From Dehalococcoidia bacterium (GTDB lineage Bacteria; Chloroflexota; Dehalococcoidia; Plut-88900), in NCBI GenBank assembly GCA_965197645.1, contig OZ240219.1, positions 1,632,001 to 1,696,000 of the forward strand: a stretch of 64,000 nt of DNA, written 5' to 3'. Position numbers and translations under genes: made by a program. Below are positions 1 through 10,606 of this stretch, piece by piece (the stretch's first letter is position 1; each line of letters begins with the position of its first letter). Under the pieces are notes generated by a model. The model made no database searches and was not told the DNA's origin. It saw only the letters and a program-made list of their open reading frames with translations.

Positions 1-1724
1 CCGCTCCAGTAGTAGTGGGCGACCTCGTGGGCTATGAGGAAACCTGAGAACCCCGTGTCATCAGTCTCTTCTGGTGTGTCGTAATCGGGAAGAATGGCCA
101 TGTGAGTACCAAAGTTTTGGCCTGCGGCTGTACTGGATACAGCGTTTTCGTATAGAAGACCGATGTGGTTGGTCGGCAGGCGGGCGCCCATGTACTCCTC
201 GGCGCTGCGCACTGAATGCTCCAGCAGGTCCATCGAGCGTGTAACCCCCGGACCGGTGCGGATGATGGAAAGAACCACGTCGCCTGACAAGGGCAGCGAG
301 ATAGTCCGCCAGTATAAGGTTATCCGATCAAGGTCCAACAGGACGTCGATGAGACCGGGATTTCTGGTCGCCACACCGTACAGCGTTGCAACCACGTGGG
401 CCCAGTCGTCGGATATGCCGTCTTGCAGCGCCGCGTGGGACATCACATTCTCGAACGCCTCCGGCTCGTAGGTGGCCAGCCACCGCAACGACGTAACAGC
501 TGATACGTCGGGGGGTTCGACGGTTTCTAAGAAAGGCATACTTACAACTCCCAACGCCGCCCCGGCGTCTTCATAGGCGAGATAGGAGATCTCTTCAATC
601 GCCTGGCTCTCTACTCTATCGATGCCCTCCTGCACCCAGTCCTTAGAGACGAGGGCCGAAGCTATCCCGGTATTCTCTATGTTGCTTATCGAAGCAATCG
701 CATCGGCCTCTACGTCTTTGATGCCATCCTGTACCCAAACCAGAGAGACGACGACTGAGGCGACATCTGCATCGTTGTAGACGATGGAGTATAGGTTCTC
801 AATCGCTCCGGACTCCGTAGCGTCGATGCCGTCCTGCACCCAGCCCAGAGAGACGACTGCCGAGGCTATCGCTACGTCGTAATACGCGATGGAGTGCAGA
901 CTCTCAATCACTTTGGACTCGGTAGCGTCGATCCCATCCTGCATCCAGCCAAGGGAAACGATAGCCGAAGCCACCTCGGTGCTGCCCAAGTTGCGAATCC
1001 AATCAATTGCTTCGGCCTCTGCATCTTCGATACCGTCCCGTACCCAGCGCATGGAGACCAGGGGCAGACCGAGTCCGATATCCTCATTCGCGATGTATGA
1101 CAGGATCTCGATCGCTTCAGGCTCTGTATCGTCGATGCCATCCAGCACCCAGCCCAGAGATACCACCGACGAAGCGACCTCGGCGCTATCAATGTTGCTT
1201 ATCCGATCTATCGCCTCGGCCTCTGCACCCTCAACTCCGTCCCGTACCCAATTATTGGAAACGACGTAGGAAGCGGCGATATGGTTTACCGCTGCGATAT
1301 AAAGCAGGTCCTGAACAACCATGGACTCCCTACCGTCGATACCGTCTCGCACCCAGTCCAGGTCCTTGATGGAGGCAGCCAGGTGCGGGGCTTCTTCTTC
1401 CATCCAGCCCCCGTTCTCGAAGGCATGGAGAGGGGATGAGACCGTTGGAGTGGGTTGGGGAGTAGCGGTTGGTGTTGGAGAGGCCGTGGAAATGGGTTCG
1501 GGCGTTGCCACCGGTGTTGGATAGGCCGTCGGAGCGGCTGTGGGCATCGGTGTCGGCGTACTGGGAAACGGTTCAGATTCGTCGTCTAATAAAGAACCGA
1601 TACCACCCAGGATAACGAGGATTACCGCGCTGCCGATGATTAATCGTACTAAGGTGTCAATGGGTGTTGTTTTACTTTCTTCTTCCGGATTCTTTATCGG
1701 GGTACTTCTCTTGTTGATCCGACG
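1..1724 (-). CDS. Membrane-anchored repeat-containing zinc metallopeptidase (gluzincin/M1-like HExxH), 3' end runs off the window; start codon uncertain
   Basis: Manual translation of the minus strand (not in ORF track): open from an in-frame TAA at 1725-1727 to position 1. Contains a TM helix (LVRLIIGSAVILVILGGIGSLL), a Pro/Thr linker, 8 WVxDGI repeats and ends ...GFLIAHEVAHYYWS. Confidence 0.8.
534..1355 (-). repeat. Eight tandem intragenic repeats of 33/35 aa (99/105 bp), consensus W(V/M)xDGIxxxExxAIxx...A(S)xVVSLx
   Basis: Trp codons of first and eighth unit at 1353-1355 and 636-638; unit lengths 35,33,35,33,35,35,33,35. Confidence 0.85.
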
Positions 1725-1971
1725 TTATTTGCTGTACCAGTACGGTCGTCAAGATGCCGATTCCATCAGAAACCACAGCTAGCCATCCACTTGTGAAAGC
1801 TCATCTGTGGTCTGGCCACGGAAGAATTTCTGGCCCCCGCTTCACCAAGTCATGAGCATAACAGCCACCCAGCCTTGTTCAGCCATTCAGCCTGGAGCTT
1901 ATCATGAAAGCTCTTACTTCCATACGGTTAGGGCTGCCAGAGTTCGCTCGGGTGCATGGGGAAGGCTTGTA

Positions 1972-2577
1972 TTAGTCGTTCGAGGAGGAGTAGCCGAACT
2001 GAGGAGCCCAATCGCCCGGGCCGTCGGGCAGCAGATCGAACAGGTGCCACACGCCGCAATACAGATCGCCGGGACCAAAGAAGTCCTTAGATACGCGTAC
2101 TATCGTACCGTCTCCGTTCTTGTGAAACACCGAGACCCCCGGCTGGTATCCGGACATGTGCTCATCTTCTTCCCGTTGGAAGCCCATGTCCCTAACGAAG
2201 GTGGTGCCCTCCGCGGAGTACATTGTGAACCGCCAACCTCGCTTCCTCGCGAGGTCTCGCTGGACACTGGGACTGTTGGGAGACACGACGACGAAGGCGG
2301 CTCTGCTCTCCAGATGTTGAAGCACGCCGTTGAACTCGTCGGCCCACATGGTGCAGAAGGGGCAACCGGCGCCCATGTTGTGGACAAGAATAAGGTCTTC
2401 CTTGTCGCCGAACATCTCCGAAATCCTCACGGTCCCGTCCACGCCTCTGAGCTCGTAGTCCCTCACTGGCTCGGGAGGCAGCTGCCGGCGCAGCTTCGCC
2501 AGCTTTTGTTGGGCCTGTTCAAGCTCTTCCAGGGCTACGGCGATCTCCCTCTCCGGCTGTGTGTTCCTCGCTGTCAC
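1972..2577 (-). CDS. DUF899 family thioredoxin-like protein
   Basis: CPFCTMWAD motif, 'RRQLPPEPVRDY', 'LFDLLPDG' C-terminus; GTG start with AGGAGG SD. Confidence 0.8.
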   Translation of the reverse strand: MTARNTQPEREIAVALEELEQAQQKLAKLRRQLPPEPVRDYELRGVDGTVRISEMFGDKEDLILVHNMGAGCPFCTMWADEFNGVLQHLESRAAFVVVSPNSPSVQRDLARKRGWRFTMYSAEGTTFVRDMGFQREEDEHMSGYQPGVSVFHKNGDGTIVRVSKDFFGPGDLYCGVWHLFDLLPDGPGDWAPQFGYSSSND

Positions 2578-2705
2578 GTCATCCTCCTTCTACCGGACTC
2601 GCAATGGATTTCGCCGATCGATCGCGTGGCTGCCTCGGTTTCTGCCGCCACGATCCTTCGTTATGGGATGGCATGATCCCCTGCCCCAGCGACCTACGAC
2701 CCGTC

Positions 2706-3449
2706 CTACCCCGGTTCGAACCCCAGGCCCTTCTCCTTCAGGCTTACGAAGTTCTGCTGGCCGATGACAATATGGTCCAGCACCTCTATGTCCAGAAGCC
2801 GGCCGGCACGGACCAGGTGAGTCGTAAGCTCGACGTCCTGCGTGCTGGGTGTCGGGTTACCCGATGGGTGGTTGTGTACCACCACTAAGGATGGGCAGTT
2901 CTCCTTGATGGCGTCCCGGAAGACCTCCGAGACCCGGACCATGGAGCTGTTGACGCTCCCCTTGTAGATCTCGGGTACGCTAAGCACCTGGTTCTTCGTG
3001 TTGAGCAGTAACACCCGGAGGTGCTCCTGGTCCATCAGGCTCATCTCTGCCATCAGCAGGTTGGCCACGTCCTGGGGATTGCTTATGCTGATCCTTTCGT
3101 TGGGCTGCACCGAAGAGAGCCTCCTCCCCAGCTCCAACCCTGCCTTCAGCTGGGCTACCTTGGCCTCTCCCAGTTGCTTTTCGGCGCACAACTCCCGGAA
3201 AGTGGCCTTTGCCAGCCCTCCTAATCCGCCGAACTGGGACAGTATTCGAGAGGACATGTTGAGGACGTTTTCCGATTTGCTTCCGGTCCGGAGCAGAATG
3301 GCCAAGAGCTCGGCGTTGCTCAGCGATCCTGCCCCGTAGTCCCTCAGCCTCTCGCGGGGCCGCTCCCCCGAGGGCATATCGTGGATAGTGAGGTGGTATC
3401 TCGCCTCTTCGGGCTCTGGTGATAGCCGGGCCGGCTGCTTATCCGTCAT
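2706..3449 (-). CDS. radC: RadC family JAB/MPN-domain protein
   Basis: ERPRERL, ELLAILLRTG, HNHPSGNPTPSTQD, LDHIVIG motifs. Confidence 0.92.
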   Translation of the reverse strand: MTDKQPARLSPEPEEARYHLTIHDMPSGERPRERLRDYGAGSLSNAELLAILLRTGSKSENVLNMSSRILSQFGGLGGLAKATFRELCAEKQLGEAKVAQLKAGLELGRRLSSVQPNERISISNPQDVANLLMAEMSLMDQEHLRVLLLNTKNQVLSVPEIYKGSVNSSMVRVSEVFRDAIKENCPSLVVVHNHPSGNPTPSTQDVELTTHLVRAGRLLDIEVLDHIVIGQQNFVSLKEKGLGFEPG

Positions 3450-3470
3450 CTTTGCTGAGCAAACAGGGAC

Positions 3471-5939
3471 CTAAGATTTCAGCTTGATCATCTCAGGATC
3501 GTACAACGGCTCTTTGGACACGGTGGCTCGATACGGCTTCCCGAAGTACTCCACGTCCACCTTGGTCCCTTCCTCTGCGTACTCGATGGGCAGATAGCCG
3601 TATACTATGCCGCGGCCGATGGAGTAGCCATAGTTAGCGCTGGTCACGTAGCCGATGGGCGTGTCTCCGTCCAGGATCGGCTCGTTGCCCACGACCACCG
3701 CCTTGGGATCGTCGAAGGTCATGGCGCACAGCTTCTGCTTGAGTCCTTCTTCTTTGGCTTTGACCAGCGCGTCCCGGCCGTGAAAGTCGCCCTTCTTGAG
3801 CCGGACCGCAAACCCGATTCCCGCCTCGTAGGGATTGAACTCGGTGTGAATGTCCGCTCCCCACAGCCGGTAGCCCTTCTCCAATCGCAGGGAGTCGAAG
3901 GCCCCGCCCCCGGCGGCGATAATCCCGTGAGGCTGGCCCGCTTCCCAGAGAGCGTCCCAAAGCCTCAGGCCGTACTCGGTTGGACAGTTGATCTCCCAGC
4001 CCAGTTCTCCGACATAAGAAATCCTTAAGGCCAGGCATGGCGCCCCGGCTATACTGATCTCCTGGGCGGTGACGTAGGGGAACGCCTCGTTGGAGACGTT
4101 CGCGTCGGTAACGGCGCTCAGTACGTCTCTAGCCCTGGGGCCCCACAGGCCGATACAGCATAGGCTGGACGAGATATCGGTCACCGTGACCGAGCCGTTT
4201 TCCGATAGGTGACTCCTGATCCAGGCCAGATCATGCAACGCGAACCCTCCGCCGGTAACCACCATGTACCTGTCTTCGGCGAGGCGGGTGATGGTGAGAT
4301 CGCACTTGATCCGTCCCCGGTGATCGAGCAGTGACGTGTAGATGATCCTTCCCGGGGGCCGGTCCATGTTGTTGCTGGTGATCGATTGGAGAAACTCAAG
4401 TGCCTTGGGGCCGGCGATCTCGAACACGGCGAAGGGTGTCTGGTCGAACATTCCCACCCTCTCCCGTACCGCTTTGTGTTCGGCCCCGATGATGGGAGAC
4501 CAGTTTATCGCCTCCCAGCCCGACCTTGGGGGCACCTCGTAGCTGTCCAGCAGCTTCTCGTTGGCCTCGTACCAGAAGGGCCGCTCCCAACCTGCGCTTT
4601 CGAAGAAGTTGGCGCCCAGGTCCTTCTGGCGCACGTTGAAGGGGCTGGTACGCAACCCCCGCTCCTGCTCCGACTGGAGGAGCGGATGGATGATGCCATA
4701 CACCTCCCGGTACTGCTGTGCCGACCTCTCCTTGACGTAGGTACGATTGTTAACATAAGGGTGGAAGCGGGCGATGTCGGCTTCATGCGCATCGATGCTG
4801 GTGGCCCCTTCCACCATCCACTCGGCGAGGGTCCGCCCGATCCCTCCCGCATGGGCCACCCACACCGCCTGGGCGGCCCAGAACCCTTTGACCTGAGGCG
4901 CCTCCCCCAGTATGGGCATGCCGTCGGTGGTGAAGGAGAACATCCCATTGATCGGCTCGAAGAGCTGGCCGTCAGCCACGCAGGGGATCAGGTCCTCGAC
5001 GTCTATCAGAGATCCAGCGAAGATGTCCAGGTTGAAAGGCATGATGGCCGGCGTAACCCGGGCCATCTCGTATGGGACTATATCGTCCGGCTCCACCAGC
5101 AGCGGTTCGTTCCGGTAGGTTCCAACCTCTATGTACTCGAAATACTCCCGGGCGTACATCGACTTGTCCTGGTGCCTGACAGCCGGCCGGGTTATCTCCT
5201 TTGTATGTCCCTTGAGCTCGGCCAGCGGGCCAATCTTGACCAGTGGGTGCTGCATCGGGTACATCGGGAAGGTCACCCCGACCATTCGACCGACCATCGG
5301 GCCCCAGATGCCGGCGGCCGATACCACGTTTTCCGTGACGATCCTTCCTTTGTCGGTCACCACCGCCTCCACCCTGCCGTTCTTGACCTCGATGTCGGTC
5401 ACCTGAACGTGCCCGAAGAATCTGGCTCCCCGGGCCTCCGCTTCGATGGTCATTGCTTCGTCCGCCCGCACACCCTTGACCAAGCTGTCCGTCGGGTTGA
5501 ACATCGCCCCCAGGATCTTGTCCGAAAGCAGGGGGAACAACTCCAACGTTTCCTTGGGTGAGATCACCTCGGCATGCAGACCCCAGGACTTTGCGAATCC
5601 CACCTTTCGCTTGAGCTCCTCCACCCGTTCGGGGGTCCAGGCGACCTCCAGCCCGCCCACCTGATGCAGGACGGGCTGACCGTCCAGCTTCAGTGAGCCG
5701 AACAGCTCGATGGTGTACTTGGCCGCCTGGGCGTAGAACTTGTTGGGATTTATCTGGAACAGAAAAGCCGGGGCGTGAGAAGACGAGCCGCCCGTATCGG
5801 GCAGCGGGCCCTGGTCCAGGACAACGATGTCCTTCCACCCCATCTGGGCGAGGTGGTAGGCCACGCTGCATCCTGCTACCCCGGCCCCGATGATTACCGC
5901 CCTCGCATGGCCCGGCAGCGACGATGAATTGCTAGGCAT
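3471..5939 (-). CDS. FAD-dependent oxidoreductase with GcvT-like folate-binding C-terminus (dimethylglycine/sarcosine dehydrogenase family)
   Basis: GAGVAG FAD motif, FSFTTDGMPILG, SYVGELGWE, SLRLEKGYRLWG; about 820 aa; start 5939 or 5954. Confidence 0.9.
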   Translation of the reverse strand: MPSNSSSLPGHARAVIIGAGVAGCSVAYHLAQMGWKDIVVLDQGPLPDTGGSSSHAPAFLFQINPNKFYAQAAKYTIELFGSLKLDGQPVLHQVGGLEVAWTPERVEELKRKVGFAKSWGLHAEVISPKETLELFPLLSDKILGAMFNPTDSLVKGVRADEAMTIEAEARGARFFGHVQVTDIEVKNGRVEAVVTDKGRIVTENVVSAAGIWGPMVGRMVGVTFPMYPMQHPLVKIGPLAELKGHTKEITRPAVRHQDKSMYAREYFEYIEVGTYRNEPLLVEPDDIVPYEMARVTPAIMPFNLDIFAGSLIDVEDLIPCVADGQLFEPINGMFSFTTDGMPILGEAPQVKGFWAAQAVWVAHAGGIGRTLAEWMVEGATSIDAHEADIARFHPYVNNRTYVKERSAQQYREVYGIIHPLLQSEQERGLRTSPFNVRQKDLGANFFESAGWERPFWYEANEKLLDSYEVPPRSGWEAINWSPIIGAEHKAVRERVGMFDQTPFAVFEIAGPKALEFLQSITSNNMDRPPGRIIYTSLLDHRGRIKCDLTITRLAEDRYMVVTGGGFALHDLAWIRSHLSENGSVTVTDISSSLCCIGLWGPRARDVLSAVTDANVSNEAFPYVTAQEISIAGAPCLALRISYVGELGWEINCPTEYGLRLWDALWEAGQPHGIIAAGGGAFDSLRLEKGYRLWGADIHTEFNPYEAGIGFAVRLKKGDFHGRDALVKAKEEGLKQKLCAMTFDDPKAVVVGNEPILDGDTPIGYVTSANYGYSIGRGIVYGYLPIEYAEEGTKVDVEYFGKPYRATVSKEPLYDPEMIKLKS

Positions 5940-6104
5940 ATAGGTTTCCTTCACTGATAGTCGATATCGCGCTGGCTATTCTAACAGCCCCAAAGTGGGT
6001 AGTCGATAATCTACGCCCGCGTTGTAGCCCGAGGGTCTTTGGGTATAATAGCGCGACCGGTCGGGGAACAGGCGGTCCGTCCCTCACCGGTGATAGGAGG
6101 CCTG

Positions 6105-7355
6105 TTGACCCAGGAAACAGAGACGGCGCCGGCATACCGGTGGGTGGTTGTCGCCTCTATCACCGGATGTGTTGGGATGACCCTCACCGCCCTGTTCACC
6201 CTGGGACTCCTCTTACCCGACATCTCCCGGGACCTGGGCCTCTCTCTATCCCAGCAAGGGTGGCTGGCCTCCTCCGTGATCTTCGGCAATCTGGCGCTGG
6301 CCATACCCATCAACCTGCTGCTGTCCCGGTTCAAACCCTGGCGGATTGCGAGCCTATCTTTTCTTCTAGTCGGCCTCTTCACCCTGATGCAGGGCTGGTC
6401 GCCGGTGCTGGCCGTCCTGATCATAGGCAGGATCGCCACCGGCCTGGCGTTCATGGCCAGCCAGGCGCCACGAGCTCTGATCATCCAGCAGTGGACCCCC
6501 AGGGAGAAGCTGACCCAGACCAACGGCGTTCTCTACGGGACCATCGACGTGATTATGGGCTCCGCCTTCTTTGCTGTCCCGCCCCTGATGGCGTGGCTGG
6601 ACGGATGGCGAAATACGGTTTATGTAATGGGAGCCGTCTCTCTTTCACTCACCGCCGTGTGGATGGTGTTGGGACGGGAACGGGTTACGCTGGAATATCA
6701 AAGCAGGATGAAGTCTCAGACCGGGACTCCCCTGAGCACGCTCCTACGATACCCCCAGCTGTGGGTAATGGGGGCCTCCATGGTCTCGGCCATCATCGGC
6801 CAGACCGCCTTCCAGACCTTCTGGCCCACTTTTGCCCAGAACGATATGGGTATCTCCCCCTTCATCACAGGGGTTGTGCTGGGGCTTATGTCCTTCGTAG
6901 CGGCCCCTATAGACATAGGGGTGAACACTGTGCCCTGGCTGGTGAAGCGTCAGCCCCTGGTAATGGCCACCTGCGGCATCATGATTACCGGTACCTTCCT
7001 GGCCCTGCTCTACACCGATAACACCTCCCTCGTCATACTGCTCGGCGTCCTCAAAGGCACCACATCGGCCTTCTTCCCGATTCTGATGATCATGGTCTAC
7101 AGGCTGCCCGCGATCAGGCCGAGAGAGGTCGCGCTCGGGTTGGCGTTCATGCAAGTGTGCATCTGGGTAGGTTCGGGTATCGGTCCCCTCATCGTGGGGT
7201 TTATCAGCGAGGCTACCGACGACCTTCGCCTTGCCCTTCTCGTTACCGCTTTTACACCGCTGATAATGGTGTTTACCGCAGCCCTTCTGCAGATGCGGGA
7301 GTGGCCGGCGCCTCAGTCCACACCCGCCCTCGAGACCTCCGGCACCGAGGCCTGA
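6105..7355 (+). CDS. MFS transporter
   Basis: About 12 hydrophobic segments; TTG start at 6105 preceded by AGGAGG; TATAAT at about 6044. Confidence 0.82.
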   Translation: MTQETETAPAYRWVVVASITGCVGMTLTALFTLGLLLPDISRDLGLSLSQQGWLASSVIFGNLALAIPINLLLSRFKPWRIASLSFLLVGLFTLMQGWSPVLAVLIIGRIATGLAFMASQAPRALIIQQWTPREKLTQTNGVLYGTIDVIMGSAFFAVPPLMAWLDGWRNTVYVMGAVSLSLTAVWMVLGRERVTLEYQSRMKSQTGTPLSTLLRYPQLWVMGASMVSAIIGQTAFQTFWPTFAQNDMGISPFITGVVLGLMSFVAAPIDIGVNTVPWLVKRQPLVMATCGIMITGTFLALLYTDNTSLVILLGVLKGTTSAFFPILMIMVYRLPAIRPREVALGLAFMQVCIWVGSGIGPLIVGFISEATDDLRLALLVTAFTPLIMVFTAALLQMREWPAPQSTPALETSGTEA

Positions 7356-7414
7356 CCCGGGATGGCTCGAGGAATGTCGATATAGAGTCTGCTCCGTTTT
7401 AGCACTATAATGAG

Positions 7415-8311
7415 GTGCACCATGTTCACCGGCGAAAGCCCGCTTCTTTGAAGCCTCCGAAGATCCCAGTACTGGCTATTGGGCTTTTGGCACTGGCCCT
7501 TTTGCTGGGCCTAACAGTCCTCTCCTGCTCCGGCACCCGGTCCTCCGCAAAAGAGCTGGACGTCGCCGAGGGGGCGCCGTTCATCGCCGAAAATGTCACT
7601 TTCGTAGATATCGACGCCCTTAGAGAGGACGAGGACTTGGGCTTTCTGCTCACGGCTATCGAGGATGCCCTGGAACCTGGTCTTACCTCCGTAGGAGCAG
7701 AGATGGCCAACATCGATCGGGCCGTCACCTACCTGATAGGAGAGCAGAGGGTTGTGGTTTTGGATGGAGACATAGGTAAAGAGAAGGATGTTCGCCGGAC
7801 CCTTTCCGACTCGGGCTACCAGTCGGAGACCGTGCGTGGTGTGGACATATTGTCCGGCGAAGGGCCGGTGGGAGCCGTGGCCCCGCTGGCCTCCGATAGG
7901 CTCATCATGAGCGTCGACGCCAGGGGAATCAGCTTGAGCGTAACCGATCTGGACGATGAACGCTACTTCGGGAAGCGGATAGAGATGGGCCTCTTGCTGG
8001 CTGACCTTCCCGACGGCACGGTCATGTCACTTACTGCCAACTGTCCCATCACCGAAGCCTGTATGTCCCTGGGAATCAGCTTCAGCAGAAAGGACGCCGC
8101 TCTATCGTCCTTTACCATGGTGGCCGTATTCCCCAGCGAGTCCGAGGCGCTATCAGGAGAGGAGCAGGTGGGCTCCCTGTTCGCCCTAATTTCAAGCGCC
8201 TACCCCGTCTTTGAAACCCAGGTGATCGGCAGGCGGGTCATCATCACAGGCGATGCCGTATCTCAGAGCGTATTCGAAGGCATCGCCCGGGAGTTTGTGC
8301 TCCGGCCGTAG
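7415..8311 (+). CDS. Putative lipoprotein of unknown function
   Basis: Basic N-terminus, hydrophobic stretch and LTVLSC lipobox-like site; 298-aa ORF. Confidence 0.65.
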   Translation: MHHVHRRKPASLKPPKIPVLAIGLLALALLLGLTVLSCSGTRSSAKELDVAEGAPFIAENVTFVDIDALREDEDLGFLLTAIEDALEPGLTSVGAEMANIDRAVTYLIGEQRVVVLDGDIGKEKDVRRTLSDSGYQSETVRGVDILSGEGPVGAVAPLASDRLIMSVDARGISLSVTDLDDERYFGKRIEMGLLLADLPDGTVMSLTANCPITEACMSLGISFSRKDAALSSFTMVAVFPSESEALSGEEQVGSLFALISSAYPVFETQVIGRRVIITGDAVSQSVFEGIAREFVLRP

Positions 8312-8321
8312 CCGGCGGAGG

Positions 8322-8705
8322 TTACTTCAGTTCGGCGGAGGCGCCGGCTCCCTCCAGGGTCTTCTTGACGTTGTCGGCCTCTTCCTTCGCCACGGCCTCT
8401 CTCACCGCCTTGGGCGCGCTCTCCACCAGCTCTTTGGCCTCCCGCAGGCCCAGGGTGGTAACTTCACGCACCGCCTTGATCACGTTGATCTTGTTCGGTC
8501 CGATCTCCGTCAGCATGACGTCGAACTCCACCTGCTCCTCGGCGTCGGGGGCGTCTCCATCCGCGGCTGCCGCGGGTGCGGCGGCCACTGCCACCGGAGC
8601 GGCTGCGCTGACCCCAAATTCCTCTTCTATGGCCTTTATGAGCTCGGACAGCTCCAGTACGGTCATTCCCTTGATCTGTTCCAATACTTCCTCTTTGGCT
8701 GCCAT
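8322..8705 (-). CDS. rplL: 50S ribosomal protein L7/L12
   Basis: [45 protein letters not shown]. Confidence 0.98.
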   Translation of the reverse strand: MAAKEEVLEQIKGMTVLELSELIKAIEEEFGVSAAAPVAVAAAPAAAADGDAPDAEEQVEFDVMLTEIGPNKINVIKAVREVTTLGLREAKELVESAPKAVREAVAKEEADNVKKTLEGAGASAELK

Positions 8706-8724
8706 CGGGACCTCCTCTTGCCAG

Positions 8725-9255
8725 CTACGATTGGTTCTCTTCGATTTGCGATAGTCTCGCGTTCAACGCCGTGACCAGACCTCTCAGCTGAGAGCTCAAT
8801 ACCGACTGCAGGGCGTACAGTGGCCCCTGTAACGCCGCCAGCGACTGGGCGATCAGCACGTCTCTGGTGGGCAGGGTCGCCAGTGTCTCCACCTGGGCTG
8901 CAGCCAGCACCTGCCCGTCCATCAGCCCACCCTTTATGGAGAGGGCGCTTCGCTCCGAGCGGATGTGGGACCTGAGGACCTTTGGGGCCTCGGTGATCTC
9001 GTCGTACCCGAAGGCCAGGGCCGTGGGCCCATCGAGAAACTCGCCGAGAAGCTCCTTTCCCTCCTGCTGTGCCGCCCGCAGGGCCAGGGTGTTCTTGACG
9101 ACCCGGTACTCGATGTCCTTCTCTCTGAGCCTGGAGCGGAGCAGGTTCATCTCGGCCGTTCTAATGCCCCGGTAGTCGGTGGCCACCGCTATGGTGCAAC
9201 GAGACAGCCGGTCCGCTATCAGCTTTACCTCTTGTTCCTTCTTTTCTGTAGGCAT
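8725..9255 (-). CDS. rplJ: 50S ribosomal protein L10
   Basis: [21 protein letters not shown]; position between rplA and rplL. Confidence 0.97.
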   Translation of the reverse strand: MPTEKKEQEVKLIADRLSRCTIAVATDYRGIRTAEMNLLRSRLREKDIEYRVVKNTLALRAAQQEGKELLGEFLDGPTALAFGYDEITEAPKVLRSHIRSERSALSIKGGLMDGQVLAAAQVETLATLPTRDVLIAQSLAALQGPLYALQSVLSSQLRGLVTALNARLSQIEENQS

Positions 9256-9280
9256 TTGCGTGTCCCCGTACTCCCGGGCT

Positions 9281-9440
9281 AATAAACAATACCCCCGAGA
9301 CGGCTACTCAGGGGTTTCGGTTGGCGTCACAGACCCGCGTGTCGAATGACGTGCGGTCCTGCCTGTCTTTCCTTGCCTGAGCGGGCTGCCGGTTTAAGGC
9401 TCCTATCCATGAGCCGCCCACCGTCTTGGGCTTTCGGTGT
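9281..9440 (-). promoter_or_regulatory. Ribosomal protein L10 leader with attenuator-like hairpin
   Basis: Minus strand reads CCCAAGACGGUGGGC...UUAAA...GCCCGCUCAGG (L10-leader-like), followed by hairpin ACCCCUGAG/CUCGGGGGU plus AUUGUUU before rplJ. Confidence 0.7.
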
Positions 9441-9451
9441 TCTGTTGTTAT

Positions 9452-10165
9452 CTAGTCAGGCGACATCTCCAGGGCTAATGCAAGGTCCAGCTTTATCCCC
9501 GGCCCTTGGGTAGTGCACAACGAGATTTTTCTCACATACTGGCCCTTGGCGCCGCTGGGCTTGGCCTTTACCACCGAATCGACCAACGTGGAGACGTTCT
9601 CCAGCAACTGCTCCTTCTCGAAGCTCACCTTGCCCACCGGCGCGTGGATCACGGCCGTCCTGTCCAGCCGGAACTCGATTTTGCCCTTGCGGGCGTCCGA
9701 TACTGCCTTGCCTATGTCTCCGGGCTGCACCACGGTTCCGGACTTGGGGTTGGGCATCAGCCCTCTGCGGCCCAGCACCTTACCCAGCTTTCCTATCTTG
9801 CTCATCATGTCCGGGGTGGCTATGGCGGTGTCGAACTCTATCCAGCCCCCTTCGATCTTCTTGATCAGATCGTCCGCACCGATGATGTCCGCACCCGCTT
9901 CTTCGGCCGCCGTGGCAGCTTCACCCTGGGCGAATACCAGCACTCTCACCTGTTTCCCCGTGCCGTGGGGTAGCAGCGATAGGCCCCGGACCTGCTGGTC
10001 CGCGTGCCTGGGGTCCAGGCCCATGCGTATGTGGACCTCCACCGTCTCGTCGAACTTGGACTTGGCGGCGGTCTGAGCCAGGTCTATCGCCTCTTCCAGC
10101 GGATATGTCCTGGAGCTGTTTACCAGCGCGGCCGCGTCCGTGTATTTCTTACCTCTTTTCGCCAT
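9452..10165 (-). CDS. rplA: 50S ribosomal protein L1
   Basis: [26 protein letters not shown]. Confidence 0.98.
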   Translation of the reverse strand: MAKRGKKYTDAAALVNSSRTYPLEEAIDLAQTAAKSKFDETVEVHIRMGLDPRHADQQVRGLSLLPHGTGKQVRVLVFAQGEAATAAEEAGADIIGADDLIKKIEGGWIEFDTAIATPDMMSKIGKLGKVLGRRGLMPNPKSGTVVQPGDIGKAVSDARKGKIEFRLDRTAVIHAPVGKVSFEKEQLLENVSTLVDSVVKAKPSGAKGQYVRKISLCTTQGPGIKLDLALALEMSPD

Positions 10166-10171
10166 ATCTGT

Positions 10172-10594
10172 TTACACCACCTCTATTCCCATGCTGCGAG
10201 CCGTGCCTTCCACTATCCGCATCGCCCCTTCGACGTCTTTGGCGTTCAAGTCATTGAGCTTTAGCTCGGCTATCTCCTTGATCTGGTCACGGGTCACCTG
10301 CCCCACTATCTCCTGGCCAACCTCGCCAGCCCCCTTCTCAATGTCGGCGGCGCTCTTGAGCAGCGCCGATGCTGGAGGAGTCTTAGTAACGAATGCGAAG
10401 GAGTTGTCCTGGAATATCGTCAACTCCACCGGAATGATAGAGCCTGCCTGGTTGGCGGTGCGGGAGTTGTACTCCTTGCAGAAGGCCATGATGTTGACGC
10501 CGTGCTGCCCCAGGGCCGGACCTACAGGGGGCGCCGGGGTGGCCTTCCCCGCCTCTATCTGAAGTTTGAGTATGGCTTTGATTCGCTTGGCCAA
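10172..10594 (-). CDS. rplK: 50S ribosomal protein L11
   Basis: [29 protein letters not shown]; TTG start. Confidence 0.98.
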   Translation of the reverse strand: MAKRIKAILKLQIEAGKATPAPPVGPALGQHGVNIMAFCKEYNSRTANQAGSIIPVELTIFQDNSFAFVTKTPPASALLKSAADIEKGAGEVGQEIVGQVTRDQIKEIAELKLNDLNAKDVEGAMRIVEGTARSMGIEVV

Positions 10595-10606
10595 GTTGGG
10601 ACTCCC

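Noticed and set aside
534-1355. About 100-bp periodicity as a possible CRISPR array
   Set aside because: The repeats are degenerate, in frame and protein-coding; no identical repeats with unique spacers and no cas genes
1807-2676. 289-aa plus-strand ORF
   Set aside because: Antisense to the DUF899 gene, which has clear family motifs and an SD
2706-3449. radC as a marker of a mobile or anti-restriction element
   Set aside because: Full-length chromosomal form with N-terminal HhH region; no mobile genes nearby
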